The position numbers and the translations under genes are program-made. From the IMG/VR virus record IMGVR_UViG_3300036773_000146, positions 85,736 through 149,735 of that record: DNA of 64,000 bases. One strand, 5' to 3'. The notes under the pieces were generated by a model that did not search any database, had not been told where the DNA came from, and saw only the letters and a list, made by a program, of their open reading frames with translations. Source of the DNA: a virus. This document shows, one piece after another, positions 49,050-58,841 of this stretch. The stretch's first letter is position 1; each line of letters opens with the position of its first letter.

Positions 49050-49736
49050 CTACAGCTCGAACACGGCGATGGTGGGGCTCCAGATGGCGCTGGTGCCGCC
49101 GCCCTGGTCCGGGCCGACGATGGCCGGGTCCTGGGCGCGGATGCGCACCTGGAAGTTCACCGACTGCTGCGTGGGCTGCGCTCCCCGGACGTAGAAGTAC
49201 CCACCGCCGCCGGGGGGCATGTGCGGCACGACTCCGAAGGACGAACCGGTGAATCGGCGCTCGACGGCGGAACTGGAGTTCTCGACGAAGTTCAGGGTGA
49301 TCTGGTTCGAGTGGTCGTTGGCGACGAACATCCAGGAGACCATGATCAGGCAAGGTCGGCCGCCGGGCACCATCGCCGTGGTTTGCACGGCGACCGGCGC
49401 GGCCGTCCAGTTGATCTGGGTGGCGTTGACCTGGGTCGGGTTGCTTGCACTGGCCAGCAGGCCGTAGCCGCCCAGACGGCTCCAGGCGCCCGCCACGAGC
49501 GAGCTGGGCTGGTTCCAGATCCACATGACGTTCAGGTCGGCCTGCCACACCAGGCGGCCGTGCTGGGTGTTGTTCCAGCCGGTCGGGCGAGACGCCTGGT
49601 TCGCCACCGTGAGCACGCCGGGGTTCTGGTCCAGGATCGCGAACGTGGCGTCGTAGTCGGCCGGGTCGAACGGGTCGGAAGCGACCGGGCTCATCAGCCC
49701 CAGGTTCGGCGTCTTGCTGGCGGTTGACATGTCCAC
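49050..49736 (-). CDS. Virion structural protein
   Basis: TPNLGL..P fibre-like N-terminus. Confidence 0.55.
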   Translation of the reverse strand: MDMSTASKTPNLGLMSPVASDPFDPADYDATFAILDQNPGVLTVANQASRPTGWNNTQHGRLVWQADLNVMWIWNQPSSLVAGAWSRLGGYGLLASASNPTQVNATQINWTAAPVAVQTTAMVPGGRPCLIMVSWMFVANDHSNQITLNFVENSSSAVERRFTGSSFGVVPHMPPGGGGYFYVRGAQPTQQSVNFQVRIRAQDPAIVGPDQGGGTSAIWSPTIAVFEL

Positions 49737-49813
49737 CTCAGGGAGTCATGGGTCGGTCGGAGGGGTGGGCCGGGGAGGAAGGGCACTCCCCGGCCCGGCT
49801 CTCGGGTGAAGCG

Positions 49814-50233
49814 TCAGCCGTTCTCGGGCTTGACGTCCTCAGGCGGTACTTCCGGGTCCTGAGCGGGCTCCTGCGCGACGTCGTCCTTGGCCGGGTCCGC
49901 AGGCGCGTCACCGCCGAAGAAGCTCTGCTCGGGCAGGCTGGCGGCCTCCTGAACGGTCTGCGCCTTCACCGCGTCGGCCTCGGCCTCGTCGTCGGGCAGG
50001 ATGACGTTCTCGTCGGCGGTGTCGGTGTCCGGGTCGAACACGTCGGCCGCGTGCTTCACGAGGGCCTGCCGCGTCTGCTCGAACACCGGCGAGACGGACT
50101 TGAGGTCCACCAGGGCGCCGCTGCTCGTGTCGACGCTGCCCGTCTGCCAGGTCGGGAAGATCCGGGCACCGGCTTCGCGAGCCGCGCTCAACGGGTGCTG
50201 CTCGTCGGCCTTCGGGTCCTGCTCGTCGCTCAT
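49814..50233 (-). CDS. Acidic hypothetical protein
   Basis: AAGGAG RBS; high GC3. Confidence 0.65.
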   Translation of the reverse strand: MSDEQDPKADEQHPLSAAREAGARIFPTWQTGSVDTSSGALVDLKSVSPVFEQTRQALVKHAADVFDPDTDTADENVILPDDEAEADAVKAQTVQEAASLPEQSFFGGDAPADPAKDDVAQEPAQDPEVPPEDVKPENG

Positions 50234-50264
50234 CGGATCTCCTTGCTCGGATCGGTTTCCCGGG

Positions 50265-50741
50265 TCACCAGGCCCCGGCCTCGCTGACGATGACGCGAGC
50301 TTTCTTGATCTTCGGCACGGCCTGGTCGTCCTCGATGGTCACGCCGATCACGTTGTCCAGGGTCTTGGGCACCTCACCGGGGCCGACCTGGGCCGTCGGG
50401 CGCGGCGCCTCGGTGGGCACGGTGCCGTCCTCGGCCGGGAGCTGGCCGACGTCCTTGCCGGTGATCTCGCGCATGCGGGCCGTCTGGCGCTGCCAGGCCT
50501 TGGCGTGCTGCTCCATCCGGCTCTTGGACGCGGCGTCGGCCTCGATGATCTCGAAGACGCCGAGGAAGGCGCAGCGCTGGAACTGGCTGTCGTCGAGGAT
50601 GCTGGCCGACACGGGCAGCACGTCTTCGCCGCCGGGGTCGCCTGAACCGGCCCACCGCAGCGCCGGGAAGTCCGGGGTGTCGAACACCGTCGGGCCGGGC
50701 TGGGTGTTGCGGACGAAGAGGGTCTTGGTGTTGACGGACAT
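50265..50741 (-). CDS. Hypothetical head-associated protein
   Basis: AAGGAG RBS before MSVNTKT; late-promoter-like motif upstream. Confidence 0.7.
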   Translation of the reverse strand: MSVNTKTLFVRNTQPGPTVFDTPDFPALRWAGSGDPGGEDVLPVSASILDDSQFQRCAFLGVFEIIEADAASKSRMEQHAKAWQRQTARMREITGKDVGQLPAEDGTVPTEAPRPTAQVGPGEVPKTLDNVIGVTIEDDQAVPKIKKARVIVSEAGAW

Positions 50742-50798
50742 GGTGATCTCCTTTGCGGTCCCTTCGCTGGTTGTGGCGTCCGGGTAGTTCCCGGGACA

Positions 50799-50845
50799 GC
50801 AGAACGGCCCCGGCCTCCCTGTGCGGGAGAGCGGGGCCGGTCTGC
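50799..50845. terminator. Hairpin after the capsid/endonuclease genes
   Basis: GCAGAACGGCCCCG...CGGGGCCGGTCTGC imperfect inverted repeat. Confidence 0.55.
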
Positions 50846-50853
50846 GAGGTGGA

Positions 50854-51600
50854 TCAGGCCAGGCCGCTGAGGTAGACGGCCAGATCCTGAGTGCACATCG
50901 CTTCGTCCAACTCGTCGCGGCCGAGCACGGCGAGTCGCCGATCTTCGCGGAACTTCCTCCAGCGGGCGGGGTCGCTCTCGTCCGCGATGCCCTTGACCTC
51001 CACAGCCAGCTCCAGGCTTGGGACCCAGAAGTCCGGGGCGTACCAGCCGTCCGCCTTCCAGAGCACACCGCTCTCCCGGGCGAACCGTTCTACGGTGATC
51101 TTCCGGAAGCCGCACAGGCCCCAGAACAGCGCCTCCCAGGTCGAGTCCAGAACGACTGCCTCATCCACCACGATGTGCCTCTTCAACTTCGTGTGCCGCT
51201 GGGCGCAGGTGTTTGAGCAGTACTTGTGGTACTTCCCGTAGCTCTTCCGCCGGGTGACCGTCTCCCCGCACCCCTGACAGGTGAAGGTCAGGTAGTTCTC
51301 GGGATCGGCCTGCTTCTTCTTGCCGTACAAGGCTCGGCATTCCGGCGAGCAGTACTTAGTGGTGGCGCGCACCTCGTACGGAATCCGTCCCTCGCCACAG
51401 CTGCACTGCGACTGCGGACTGGCATCCCATGCTCGCCTCTTCTCCTGACCGCGTTCTCGGTTGATCTCGGTCATATGGCACTTGCGAGAGCAGAAGCGCT
51501 GAACGGCACTCCGAGCCTCGGTGAGCCTGCTCTCAAAGGGCTTCTGACACTCGGACAGCGCACAGATCTTGGTAACAACAAGGGCCTCGGTTCGAGTCAT
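50854..51600 (-). CDS. Free-standing PD-(D/E)xK endonuclease with repeated zinc ribbons
   Basis: Three CxxC...[FY]CS..C repeats, then DSTWE...YAPDFWVPSLELAVEVKG; lower GC3. Confidence 0.8.
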   Translation of the reverse strand: MTRTEALVVTKICALSECQKPFESRLTEARSAVQRFCSRKCHMTEINRERGQEKRRAWDASPQSQCSCGEGRIPYEVRATTKYCSPECRALYGKKKQADPENYLTFTCQGCGETVTRRKSYGKYHKYCSNTCAQRHTKLKRHIVVDEAVVLDSTWEALFWGLCGFRKITVERFARESGVLWKADGWYAPDFWVPSLELAVEVKGIADESDPARWRKFREDRRLAVLGRDELDEAMCTQDLAVYLSGLA

Positions 51601-51656
51601 GGGTTGAAGCTTACCTCAACACCATTTCGTCGAACCGAGGCCCTTGTTTATGCAGG

Positions 51657-52688
51657 TCAGGTTGCCGCAGGCACCGTCAGAGGAGTGCTGGAGACAGTCT
51701 TCGTAATGGTGGCCAGGCCCCTGGGATTGAGCACTGCCATGCTCACCATCTCGTCGAACACCCAGCCCTTCCAGAACGACTCCACCGTGTGGTTCTCCTC
51801 CACGTCGAGGGAGTAGAGCACCGGGAAGACGCCGAGGAAGTTCGGCTCGGGCGCGAGGAAGATGGTGCCCTGCGGGACCATGATCGAACGCTGGATCTGG
51901 AACTCGCCGAACGAGGTGATCGACTCACCGGCGACGACGCGGTCCTTGAAGGCCCAGCCGGTGTCGTTGATCGTCCACTGGTACAGGTCCCGGTAGTCCT
52001 GCGGGTTGACCAGCAGCCGGGCCGACTGAAGCTCGTGCATGTCGGTCAGCGAGACGGCGGCGTACAGCGCGGCCGGGGTGAACTGCGTCCCCGCCTGGGT
52101 CACCCGGTGGTCCGGGGTGACCACGTGGTCCGCGCGGTTGGCGTAGGCGTTGACCGCCGCCTGGAGGATGAGCATCAGGCGGGCATCCTCCTGCTTGAGG
52201 ATGCTCTGCTTGGTCTCGTCCTGGGCCTGCTCGACCGCATTGATCCGCAGGTAGACCAGGTCTTCCTTGCGGATCGCGGGGAACGAGGCGATCCGGAAGA
52301 ACCGGATCGGCACGCGCTTGCCCTCGAAGGCGTTGATCCGGACTTCGCCCTCGTGGCCGGACATGATGTAGGCCTGGCCGAGGTCGTCCCACACGTCGTA
52401 CTCGACGGGGGTACCCGGGGTGACCGGGTCCTCCATGAGCACGTTGCGCGTGATGCCCTGGTAGCGCAGCTTCAGCTGGATCGGGCCGACCATGCCGACG
52501 CCGAGGCGCCGGATGCCGTTCGCGCCGTCCTGGAGGACGAGGGCCAGCTTCTCGGTCTTGGCGGTGTGGGTCAGGGTCTTGCCCTGCTCCCGCAGCGACA
52601 TGATGTCCGAGACGTAGTCGTCCGACTTCCTGGCCGTTCGCTTGAGACCACCGGAGAGACCCGGCGTGGAAACGAGAGCAGTGCTCAT
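51657..52688 (-). CDS. Major capsid protein
   Basis: 343 aa; HK97-like ending (LLVNPQDY..., EMVSMAVLNPRGL); position after scaffold and decoration genes. Confidence 0.85.
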   Translation of the reverse strand: MSTALVSTPGLSGGLKRTARKSDDYVSDIMSLREQGKTLTHTAKTEKLALVLQDGANGIRRLGVGMVGPIQLKLRYQGITRNVLMEDPVTPGTPVEYDVWDDLGQAYIMSGHEGEVRINAFEGKRVPIRFFRIASFPAIRKEDLVYLRINAVEQAQDETKQSILKQEDARLMLILQAAVNAYANRADHVVTPDHRVTQAGTQFTPAALYAAVSLTDMHELQSARLLVNPQDYRDLYQWTINDTGWAFKDRVVAGESITSFGEFQIQRSIMVPQGTIFLAPEPNFLGVFPVLYSLDVEENHTVESFWKGWVFDEMVSMAVLNPRGLATITKTVSSTPLTVPAAT

Positions 52689-52718
52689 CTTCGGTATTCC
52701 TTTCTGGCTCTCGCCGGG

Positions 52719-53285
52719 TCAGGCGACGTCGCTCGCCCAGTTGGGGTCCAGACCGCCGATGACGATCTGGGTGGACGACACGATCTTCAGCAGGCGGCCC
52801 ACCGGCTTGTCGGTGATCGTGGTGCCCGGGGTGCCCGCGCCGACCGGGCACAGCTGGCCCCGCTTGGCGGTGGTGATGTAGGCGTACACGAGCGGCGCGA
52901 AGCCGGTGCCCGGGTCGACCCACGTGGCGGTGGAGTCCATTGCCGGGGCCGAGACCTGGAACTCCGCGTCGGGGCTGAGGACCCACACGGCGCAGGCGTT
53001 CACGCCACCCTGGTTGGAGATCTCCGACTCGACGCCGGTGACGCCTTCGATGAAGGCGGCCAGCCCGTACGGGGTCTTCGGGCCGGTGGTGCCGTCACCG
53101 ACGACCGTGACGAGGTCACCGATCGTCTTGGCCATCGCCATTCCGGCGCTCACCGGCACGGCAGGGACGCCGTTGGTGTAGAACGCCGGGTCGAGGTAGA
53201 CGGCCTTCGGGGTGCTCTGGCTGAAGGCGTACAGGGGCTTCAGCGTCCGGTGGTACTGGGCGTTGTCGAGCGTGGTCCGGATCAT
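52719..53285 (-). CDS. Capsid decoration / minor head protein
   Basis: Beta-rich; between scaffold and major capsid. Confidence 0.6.
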   Translation of the reverse strand: MIRTTLDNAQYHRTLKPLYAFSQSTPKAVYLDPAFYTNGVPAVPVSAGMAMAKTIGDLVTVVGDGTTGPKTPYGLAAFIEGVTGVESEISNQGGVNACAVWVLSPDAEFQVSAPAMDSTATWVDPGTGFAPLVYAYITTAKRGQLCPVGAGTPGTTITDKPVGRLLKIVSSTQIVIGGLDPNWASDVA

Positions 53286-53398
53286 GATCCTCTTTCCCTC
53301 CTCCATGAGGATGAAGGTGTAGCGGCGGAGGGCATCCCCGAGGACCGGGCTCGCTCCCTCTCTCGAAGGTTGAGCGAGCTTGAATTTCCCGTTGAACA

Positions 53399-53439
53399 GG
53401 AAAAGACCCCGAAATCCAAGCCGATTTCGGGGTCTTTCC
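53399..53439 (-). terminator. Intrinsic terminator after the scaffold gene
   Basis: AAAGACCCCGAAATC...GATTTCGGGGTCTTT stem with a T-run. Confidence 0.75.
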
Positions 53440-53453
53440 GTGGCGCTTGCGGA

Positions 53454-54404
53454 CTACGAAAGGAACAGGTCCGTGGCGTCGTCCGTCATCGAGTGCGTCG
53501 AGCGGGAACCGCCCGACATCGGCGGCGCCTCCCGGCGCGTGGCCGTCCGGGGCACCAGCGACGGGTTGCGCTGCGACGAGGCCTGCGCGCGCTTGCGCAC
53601 GGCAGTCAGGGTGATGATCTCCTGCTCGATGTGGTCGGTCGACAGCGCCGCGTCCTTCTCGATCCGGGTGGCCAGTTCGAGATCGGCGCCCTCGGTGCCC
53701 GGCTCGACGTCGTGCAGGCCCGCGCTGATGCGCAGCCGAGCCAGGCGCAGGGACGCCATGGTGCGGTTCGACGCCTCCTCGGCCAGCTGCTGTGCGGTCT
53801 TGCGGGACGCGGTCCGCTGGGCGTTGGCGAAGCCACCCTGGAGCGGGAACGCGGTCTGCGGGTTCATCGGGTCGCCGACGCGCACATCGTGCTCGGTGCG
53901 GGTCTCCGACAGCGGCCGCTGGGTCTGCGTACCGTCGACCGGCGCGGTGACGTCCTGAAGGTTCCGGAAGGCGGGGGCCGGGATGTCCTGGCCCGGGGTG
54001 TAGTTGGTCGTGGTCACGTCGGCGGCCACGTCGTTGGTCGACCCCGGCACCAGACCCGGCGCGGTCACGTCGGCGAAGGCCTCCGGCGTCTTGGTTTGGA
54101 CGGTGCCGTCGACTGCCGGGACGGCCGGGGGCTCCGGGACCGGCTCGGCCGGGTTCTCGACGTCGGCCTGAACGAACTTCAGACCCATCGCCGAGGCGAC
54201 GTGACCTTCCAGACCGGCGATCCGGGACAGGTGCTGCAAGCCCCGGGTGAGCCGGTTGATCTGGTCCTGCTGGCGCTCGGCGACCTTGAGCAGGTTGGAC
54301 AGGTCCGAATCCTGCGCGGCGGCGGTCTTGCGCTGCGTCTCCGCCAGCCGGACGATCATCTGCTGCTGCTCGTCGAGAGCCTCGATGGCCTTACGTGGTG
54401 CCAT
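53454..54404 (-). CDS. Scaffold-like protein
   Basis: Coiled-coil N- and C-terminal parts; between protease and capsid; ends DDATDLFLS. Confidence 0.65.
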   Translation of the reverse strand: MAPRKAIEALDEQQQMIVRLAETQRKTAAAQDSDLSNLLKVAERQQDQINRLTRGLQHLSRIAGLEGHVASAMGLKFVQADVENPAEPVPEPPAVPAVDGTVQTKTPEAFADVTAPGLVPGSTNDVAADVTTTNYTPGQDIPAPAFRNLQDVTAPVDGTQTQRPLSETRTEHDVRVGDPMNPQTAFPLQGGFANAQRTASRKTAQQLAEEASNRTMASLRLARLRISAGLHDVEPGTEGADLELATRIEKDAALSTDHIEQEIITLTAVRKRAQASSQRNPSLVPRTATRREAPPMSGGSRSTHSMTDDATDLFLS

Positions 54405-54460
54405 GATCTACTCCTTAAACCTTCAATCGTGGCGTGGGTTCTTGGGCCGACGGCCCAGGT

Positions 54461-56875
54461 CTACTGGTTGGGCTTCTTCTTGCTCTTCGGAACAGGAGGC
54501 GCGTCGTCCTCGTCGTCGGGGTCCTCGTCATCGGCCTCGTCGTCGAGCGGTCCGTCGGTGGACTTCACCGCGACACCGGGCGCGTCCTGCTCGTCCTCGT
54601 CGTCGGGCTTGGCCTCATCGCCGCCGGTCGGGGGCTCTTCCTCGTCCTCGCCGACCTGGCCGCCCTGATCGGCGACCTCCGGATCGACTGCACCTTCGGC
54701 GGCCTCCTCGTCCTCCAGGGTGTCCTGGGCCTCCAGCACACCCTCACCGCACACGGGGCACAGGTCGCCCTCGGCGGCCCCCAGGCCCTCCTCCGACTCG
54801 CCAGCGGCCACGTCAGGCGCCGCCTCGTCGGTATCCACGGACTCCGGCGGTGCCTGCGGGAACTCGGTGCCGCAGGCCGGGCAGATCAGGGTGCCGCCGG
54901 ACTCGTCGGCCATCTCGCGCTCGGGATCCGGGATCTGGGTCTGGTCGTAGGCCTGCTGCTCCTGGCGGAGGTCGATCTGCTTGGCCTTGTCCAGGTTCGG
55001 GTCGTTGAACGGGCTCGGCGGCGCGACGTAGCCGCACACCCGGCACCGGCTGCCGTCGTAGGCGTTGTCCTCGCCGCAGATCGGGCAGCTCTCCTCGCGC
55101 AGGGTGTCGACCTTCGGCGGCGCGACCTGCTCGCCATAGGCGGTGCGCCGGGTTCCCTTACGGGCCCGTACGAAAGGGCGGCGGCCCCGAGAGGACTCCT
55201 TGACGTACCCGGTTCCCGGGCCTCCCTGTTCGATGCCGTGCTCGTTGCGGAAGCCCTCCCAGGCGTCCTCGGCCTTGGTGCGCGACACCTGGCGGCCCTT
55301 GTTCAGCCGGACGTCGTTGCCGGTGGCGTTCTTCTCGCCCTCCTGGTTCAGCCGCTGGCGCACGAGCCACGTGGTGGCCTGCACCGCATGACCCGGTACG
55401 TGCTCGCCCTCCTGGTCGGAGATCCGCTTGCTGGCCTGGTGGTAGGCGTCCACCACGTGGTCGTATCCGGCCGAGCGGGGGATCGTGCCGTCCCTGCGCC
55501 GGGACGCGGCCGCCACCGGCGCCGAGCCGTAGTCCTCGTTGGACAGCCGCTTGCCCGCCGCGACGCCCAGGGCGTGCCGGTCGATGACCACGTGGGCCTG
55601 GTAGTCCGGATGCTCCGGCGGGTGCTCGTCGCCACCGTGCTCGATCAAGTGGCCGAAGTCGCGGATCTTCGGGCCGGACACGGCCTCGTGCATGTGCGCG
55701 CCGCCGAGCACCTTGTCCATCGAATTGGCCTGGCTCTTGGAGGCGAACATCCCACTGCCGGGACCGCCGATGCCGTGGCCCTCGTGCAGGGCCCGCGCAG
55801 CATTGTGCATGTTCCCGGCCCAGCCCTGCTGCGGGCTGTAGATCGCCAGGGCCGAGGCGCCCAGATGCGCATCCCCGAGCGGGTGGCGGGCGTCGGTGTC
55901 GGACTCCTTCTTGCCCGGCCGCACCGGGGCCAGCTTGGCGATCGACTTGCCCACCAGGTGCGCGTCGGCGTACCAGCGCTTGCCGGAGGCTTTCTCGTCC
56001 GGCGTCGCCTGGTTCCAGTGATCCACGATGTTGTCCGGGTGCACCGGATTCGCCTGGAACCACGGGTGCTCAGAGGGGTGGCTGTACCGCGCCGCCTGCA
56101 TGGTCAAGCCCAGCTCGGCGAACTGCGGTCCGGCGTCGACCGTCCGGAAACTGCTCACGACGTTGATCCTCTCGCGGGAAGCCGTGCGCTGGAGCCCGGC
56201 AGTCAGGTGTTCCAGACCCGGCCCGGCAACGACGCTGCCGGTCACATAGGCCGTCGGGTCGGCGGGCGGCTCGACCAGGAGCGAGTTCTCGAAGAACTTC
56301 AGCCCGTGGCAGACCTCGTAGATGTACTTGCCCGGCTGGCCGGAGGCGAAAAACTTGCGGCCCTTCTGGCCGGGGATGTGCTGGCAGTACGAGAACGTGT
56401 CGACGGCCTTGTTTCCGCAGGCGCTACAGATCGAATAGTCGACGTCCACACCCATGCTGGTGCGCTCGATTTTCTTCGCCAGGATGGCCCGCGCGAGCTT
56501 GGGGTAGGTCAGCCCGTCGATCTCGTGCAGGCCCTCGACCCAGGTGTCCGGACTGCCGTCCGGGTTGCGGTGCTCGTGCAGGACCGCATCCACGATCACG
56601 CCGCGCATCTTGCGATGGTTCGAGTTGTGATGGTTGACGAAGGCCGGTTTCCCGAGGAACGTCTGCCAGCCGTAGCCCGGCCGGGTGTCGGCGATCTGCT
56701 CGGCCGGGAAGCCGTCCCAGTTGTCGTTCACCCGGGAGCTGATCATGCGCGACGGAACGTACAGGTAGCCCTCGCGGGGCTCGTACTGGAACTCGTGCCG
56801 GGCGGCATCCTTGATCAGCCCGGTGCGGGGGTGCACCTGGGCATCCAGGATCTGCCCGAAGGCCCACTTCCGCAT
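54461..56875 (-). CDS. Prohead (capsid maturation) protease with inserted cargo domain and zinc-ribbon/acidic tail
   Basis: VNDNWDGF, FLGKPAFVNH, TSMGVDV.YSICSACGN, FFENSLLVEPPADPTA; C-terminal CxxC ribbons. Confidence 0.8.
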   Translation of the reverse strand: MRKWAFGQILDAQVHPRTGLIKDAARHEFQYEPREGYLYVPSRMISSRVNDNWDGFPAEQIADTRPGYGWQTFLGKPAFVNHHNSNHRKMRGVIVDAVLHEHRNPDGSPDTWVEGLHEIDGLTYPKLARAILAKKIERTSMGVDVDYSICSACGNKAVDTFSYCQHIPGQKGRKFFASGQPGKYIYEVCHGLKFFENSLLVEPPADPTAYVTGSVVAGPGLEHLTAGLQRTASRERINVVSSFRTVDAGPQFAELGLTMQAARYSHPSEHPWFQANPVHPDNIVDHWNQATPDEKASGKRWYADAHLVGKSIAKLAPVRPGKKESDTDARHPLGDAHLGASALAIYSPQQGWAGNMHNAARALHEGHGIGGPGSGMFASKSQANSMDKVLGGAHMHEAVSGPKIRDFGHLIEHGGDEHPPEHPDYQAHVVIDRHALGVAAGKRLSNEDYGSAPVAAASRRRDGTIPRSAGYDHVVDAYHQASKRISDQEGEHVPGHAVQATTWLVRQRLNQEGEKNATGNDVRLNKGRQVSRTKAEDAWEGFRNEHGIEQGGPGTGYVKESSRGRRPFVRARKGTRRTAYGEQVAPPKVDTLREESCPICGEDNAYDGSRCRVCGYVAPPSPFNDPNLDKAKQIDLRQEQQAYDQTQIPDPEREMADESGGTLICPACGTEFPQAPPESVDTDEAAPDVAAGESEEGLGAAEGDLCPVCGEGVLEAQDTLEDEEAAEGAVDPEVADQGGQVGEDEEEPPTGGDEAKPDDEDEQDAPGVAVKSTDGPLDDEADDEDPDDEDDAPPVPKSKKKPNQ

Positions 56876-56932
56876 ACGCCGTCACCGCCCTCTCGCTCGT
56901 TCATTGGGCGGCCGGGCGGTGACGGGCGACAG

Positions 56933-57874
56933 TCAGGACGTAGGAGGAGCGCTCGACGAGGGAGTGACCGGCGCGGCGCAGCTGTACTGCGGGTTCGAGT
57001 AGTCGAAATTCGCCACCCGGGAGCAGGTGGACACCTTGCCGTTGGAGTAGGTCTGGGTCCAGCCCGTCGGCGGTTCGCCGTTGTTGCCCGGCGGGCCAGG
57101 GGGCAGTGCGCCGAGATCGGTGGCACTGCCGTCGGTGTAGTTGACGATCAGGTGTCCGTTCACGATGCCCACGCTGGAGATCCCCCGGCCGTCCTGACCG
57201 TTCGCGCCGTTGGTCCCATTCACGCCGTTGACGCCGTCCTTGCCGTCGCGTCCGACCACTTGGCCCAGGTCTTCAGACGTCCCGTCGGAGTAAGTCAGGG
57301 TTAGGTGGCCGTTGCCGATGGACGAGCCGGTGATACCGCGCCCGGTGTCGCCTTTGACGCCGTTCTGGCCGACAATCTGGCCCTTGTCCTCGGTGGTGCC
57401 GTCGGAGTAGGTGACCTGGAAGCGGCCGCCGACGATGGCCGTCGAGGCGATCCCCCGCCCGTTCGCACCGGTCGAGCCGGTCTTCCCTGGCTGTCCGGTG
57501 CTTCCGGCTGCCGGAACGGGGATGGCGGCGATGATGGCCTGCTTGAGCTGCTGGGCCTCCGCGCACGAGCCGGAGTCGGTGAGTGTTTTCTTCGTCTGAT
57601 CGTCACCGAACAGGCACTGCTCCAGGGTGCGGTCGCTGAGCTGACTCGCTTGGCTGGCGAGGTCCTGCTTGGAGGAGACGGCCTGGTTCTTCTCCTGGGT
57701 GGCCGTGTCGGCAACCGACACGGGGACGCTGTAGATCCCCGCCATGATCACTACTGCCAGACCCGCACCGGCGAGGGCGCTCAGCCAGCTTCCGCGCCGC
57801 TCGCGCCGCTTTCCGGCGTAGTACTCGCGGACGAGGTCCTGGGCTTCGGGGGTCAGGGTCTGGTCATTGCTCAT
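56933..57874 (-). CDS. Membrane-anchored collagen-like protein
   Basis: N-terminal TM segment; G-x-x triplets; 3 copies of a GRGI..(S/T)..GHL.(V/L)TYSDG repeat. Confidence 0.75.
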   Translation of the reverse strand: MSNDQTLTPEAQDLVREYYAGKRRERRGSWLSALAGAGLAVVIMAGIYSVPVSVADTATQEKNQAVSSKQDLASQASQLSDRTLEQCLFGDDQTKKTLTDSGSCAEAQQLKQAIIAAIPVPAAGSTGQPGKTGSTGANGRGIASTAIVGGRFQVTYSDGTTEDKGQIVGQNGVKGDTGRGITGSSIGNGHLTLTYSDGTSEDLGQVVGRDGKDGVNGVNGTNGANGQDGRGISSVGIVNGHLIVNYTDGSATDLGALPPGPPGNNGEPPTGWTQTYSNGKVSTCSRVANFDYSNPQYSCAAPVTPSSSAPPTS

Positions 57875-58193
57875 GGTCGGTCCCCTCAAGGGGAAGTTTG
57901 GGTACCCTGACACCGGATTGAATCAGAGTTCGTCGGTACAAGGCCGCGAGGTCCTCGGACTTCATCGCGGTCTTGCGGTACTTCGCTGTCTCCGCTTCGG
58001 CATTATCCGCCCTCTTCTCTGCTTCGTCGGCACGGGATTTGGCACGGATATTCTCCGTCTCCAGCCGACCGAGGGCGGAATCCTCATTTTCGATCTTGCC
58101 CTTGCGACGGCTGTCGAAGATCTTAGCGATCGTCGCAATCAGCGTGGCCAGGCCACCGCCGAAGATCGCTCCCAGGATGAGTTGAAGGTTCAC
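57864..58193 (-). CDS. Single-TM coiled-coil membrane protein
   Basis: LILGAIFGGGLATLIA TM followed by a charged coil; AGGAGG RBS. Confidence 0.7.
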   Translation of the reverse strand: MNLQLILGAIFGGGLATLIATIAKIFDSRRKGKIENEDSALGRLETENIRAKSRADEAEKRADNAEAETAKYRKTAMKSEDLAALYRRTLIQSGVRVPKLPLEGTDHEQ

Positions 58194-58618
58194 TCCTGGC
58201 CTCCTGGAGGCGCCAAGGGAGTGCGAACCAGCTGCCACAACTCGATGTAGCGCCGGGCCAGCAGGAAGACCAGAGCCACGATGGAGGCGAAGACGAACAG
58301 GTTGCCCGTGACCACCTCGGAATGCCCGGCCTTGATCGTCTGAACCAGGCGCGCCACCAAAATCACTGCGTAAGCGAGATATCCGGTCAGCAGCAGCGTG
58401 ATGCCCAGCAACTCCACGCTAGTCCTACGCAGCAAGGCTGCAATGGCCCCCATAGCCCCTCCAGCGGTCAGGCATGAGGCCCAGACGTAGATCCACACAA
58501 TCCAGCTCACGAGCTGGAAGCTCGCCAGCGGGATGAAGAACGACATCACGGCCGAGATGCACATGAACAAGTACGCAGAAAAAAGGAGGCCGCGCGGCAA
58601 CGGCTTCATCACCACCAA
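58190..58618 (-). CDS. 4-TM membrane protein
   Basis: Four hydrophobic stretches; TAAGGAGG RBS. Confidence 0.75.
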   Translation of the reverse strand: MVVMKPLPRGLLFSAYLFMCISAVMSFFIPLASFQLVSWIVWIYVWASCLTAGGAMGAIAALLRRTSVELLGITLLLTGYLAYAVILVARLVQTIKAGHSEVVTGNLFVFASIVALVFLLARRYIELWQLVRTPLAPPGGQE

Positions 58619-58643
58619 AAACCTCCTTACGTCGTGGACGGGG

Positions 58644-58811
58644 TCAGCTACCCGCGATATGCAGGAAGGCGAACAGGGTGCCCAGGAAGCCGACGAACGC
58701 CGCGACGTGGAACATCAGCGGGCTGCGATAGGTGGGCACGAATCGCCACAGAACGGCATGTAGGAAGATCAGCACCAGGGCGATGATGACCAGGATGGCG
58801 GCAAGGGACAT
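58644..58811 (-). CDS. Small 2-TM membrane protein
   Basis: AAGGAGG RBS; MSLAAILVII... Confidence 0.7.
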   Translation of the reverse strand: MSLAAILVIIALVLIFLHAVLWRFVPTYRSPLMFHVAAFVGFLGTLFAFLHIAGS

Positions 58812-58841
58812 GATTTCCTCCTTCGTCACGAATTGGGCATG

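Noticed and set aside
57130-57500. Tandem DNA repeats
   Set aside because: Explained by the collagen and GRGI...YSDG protein repeats.
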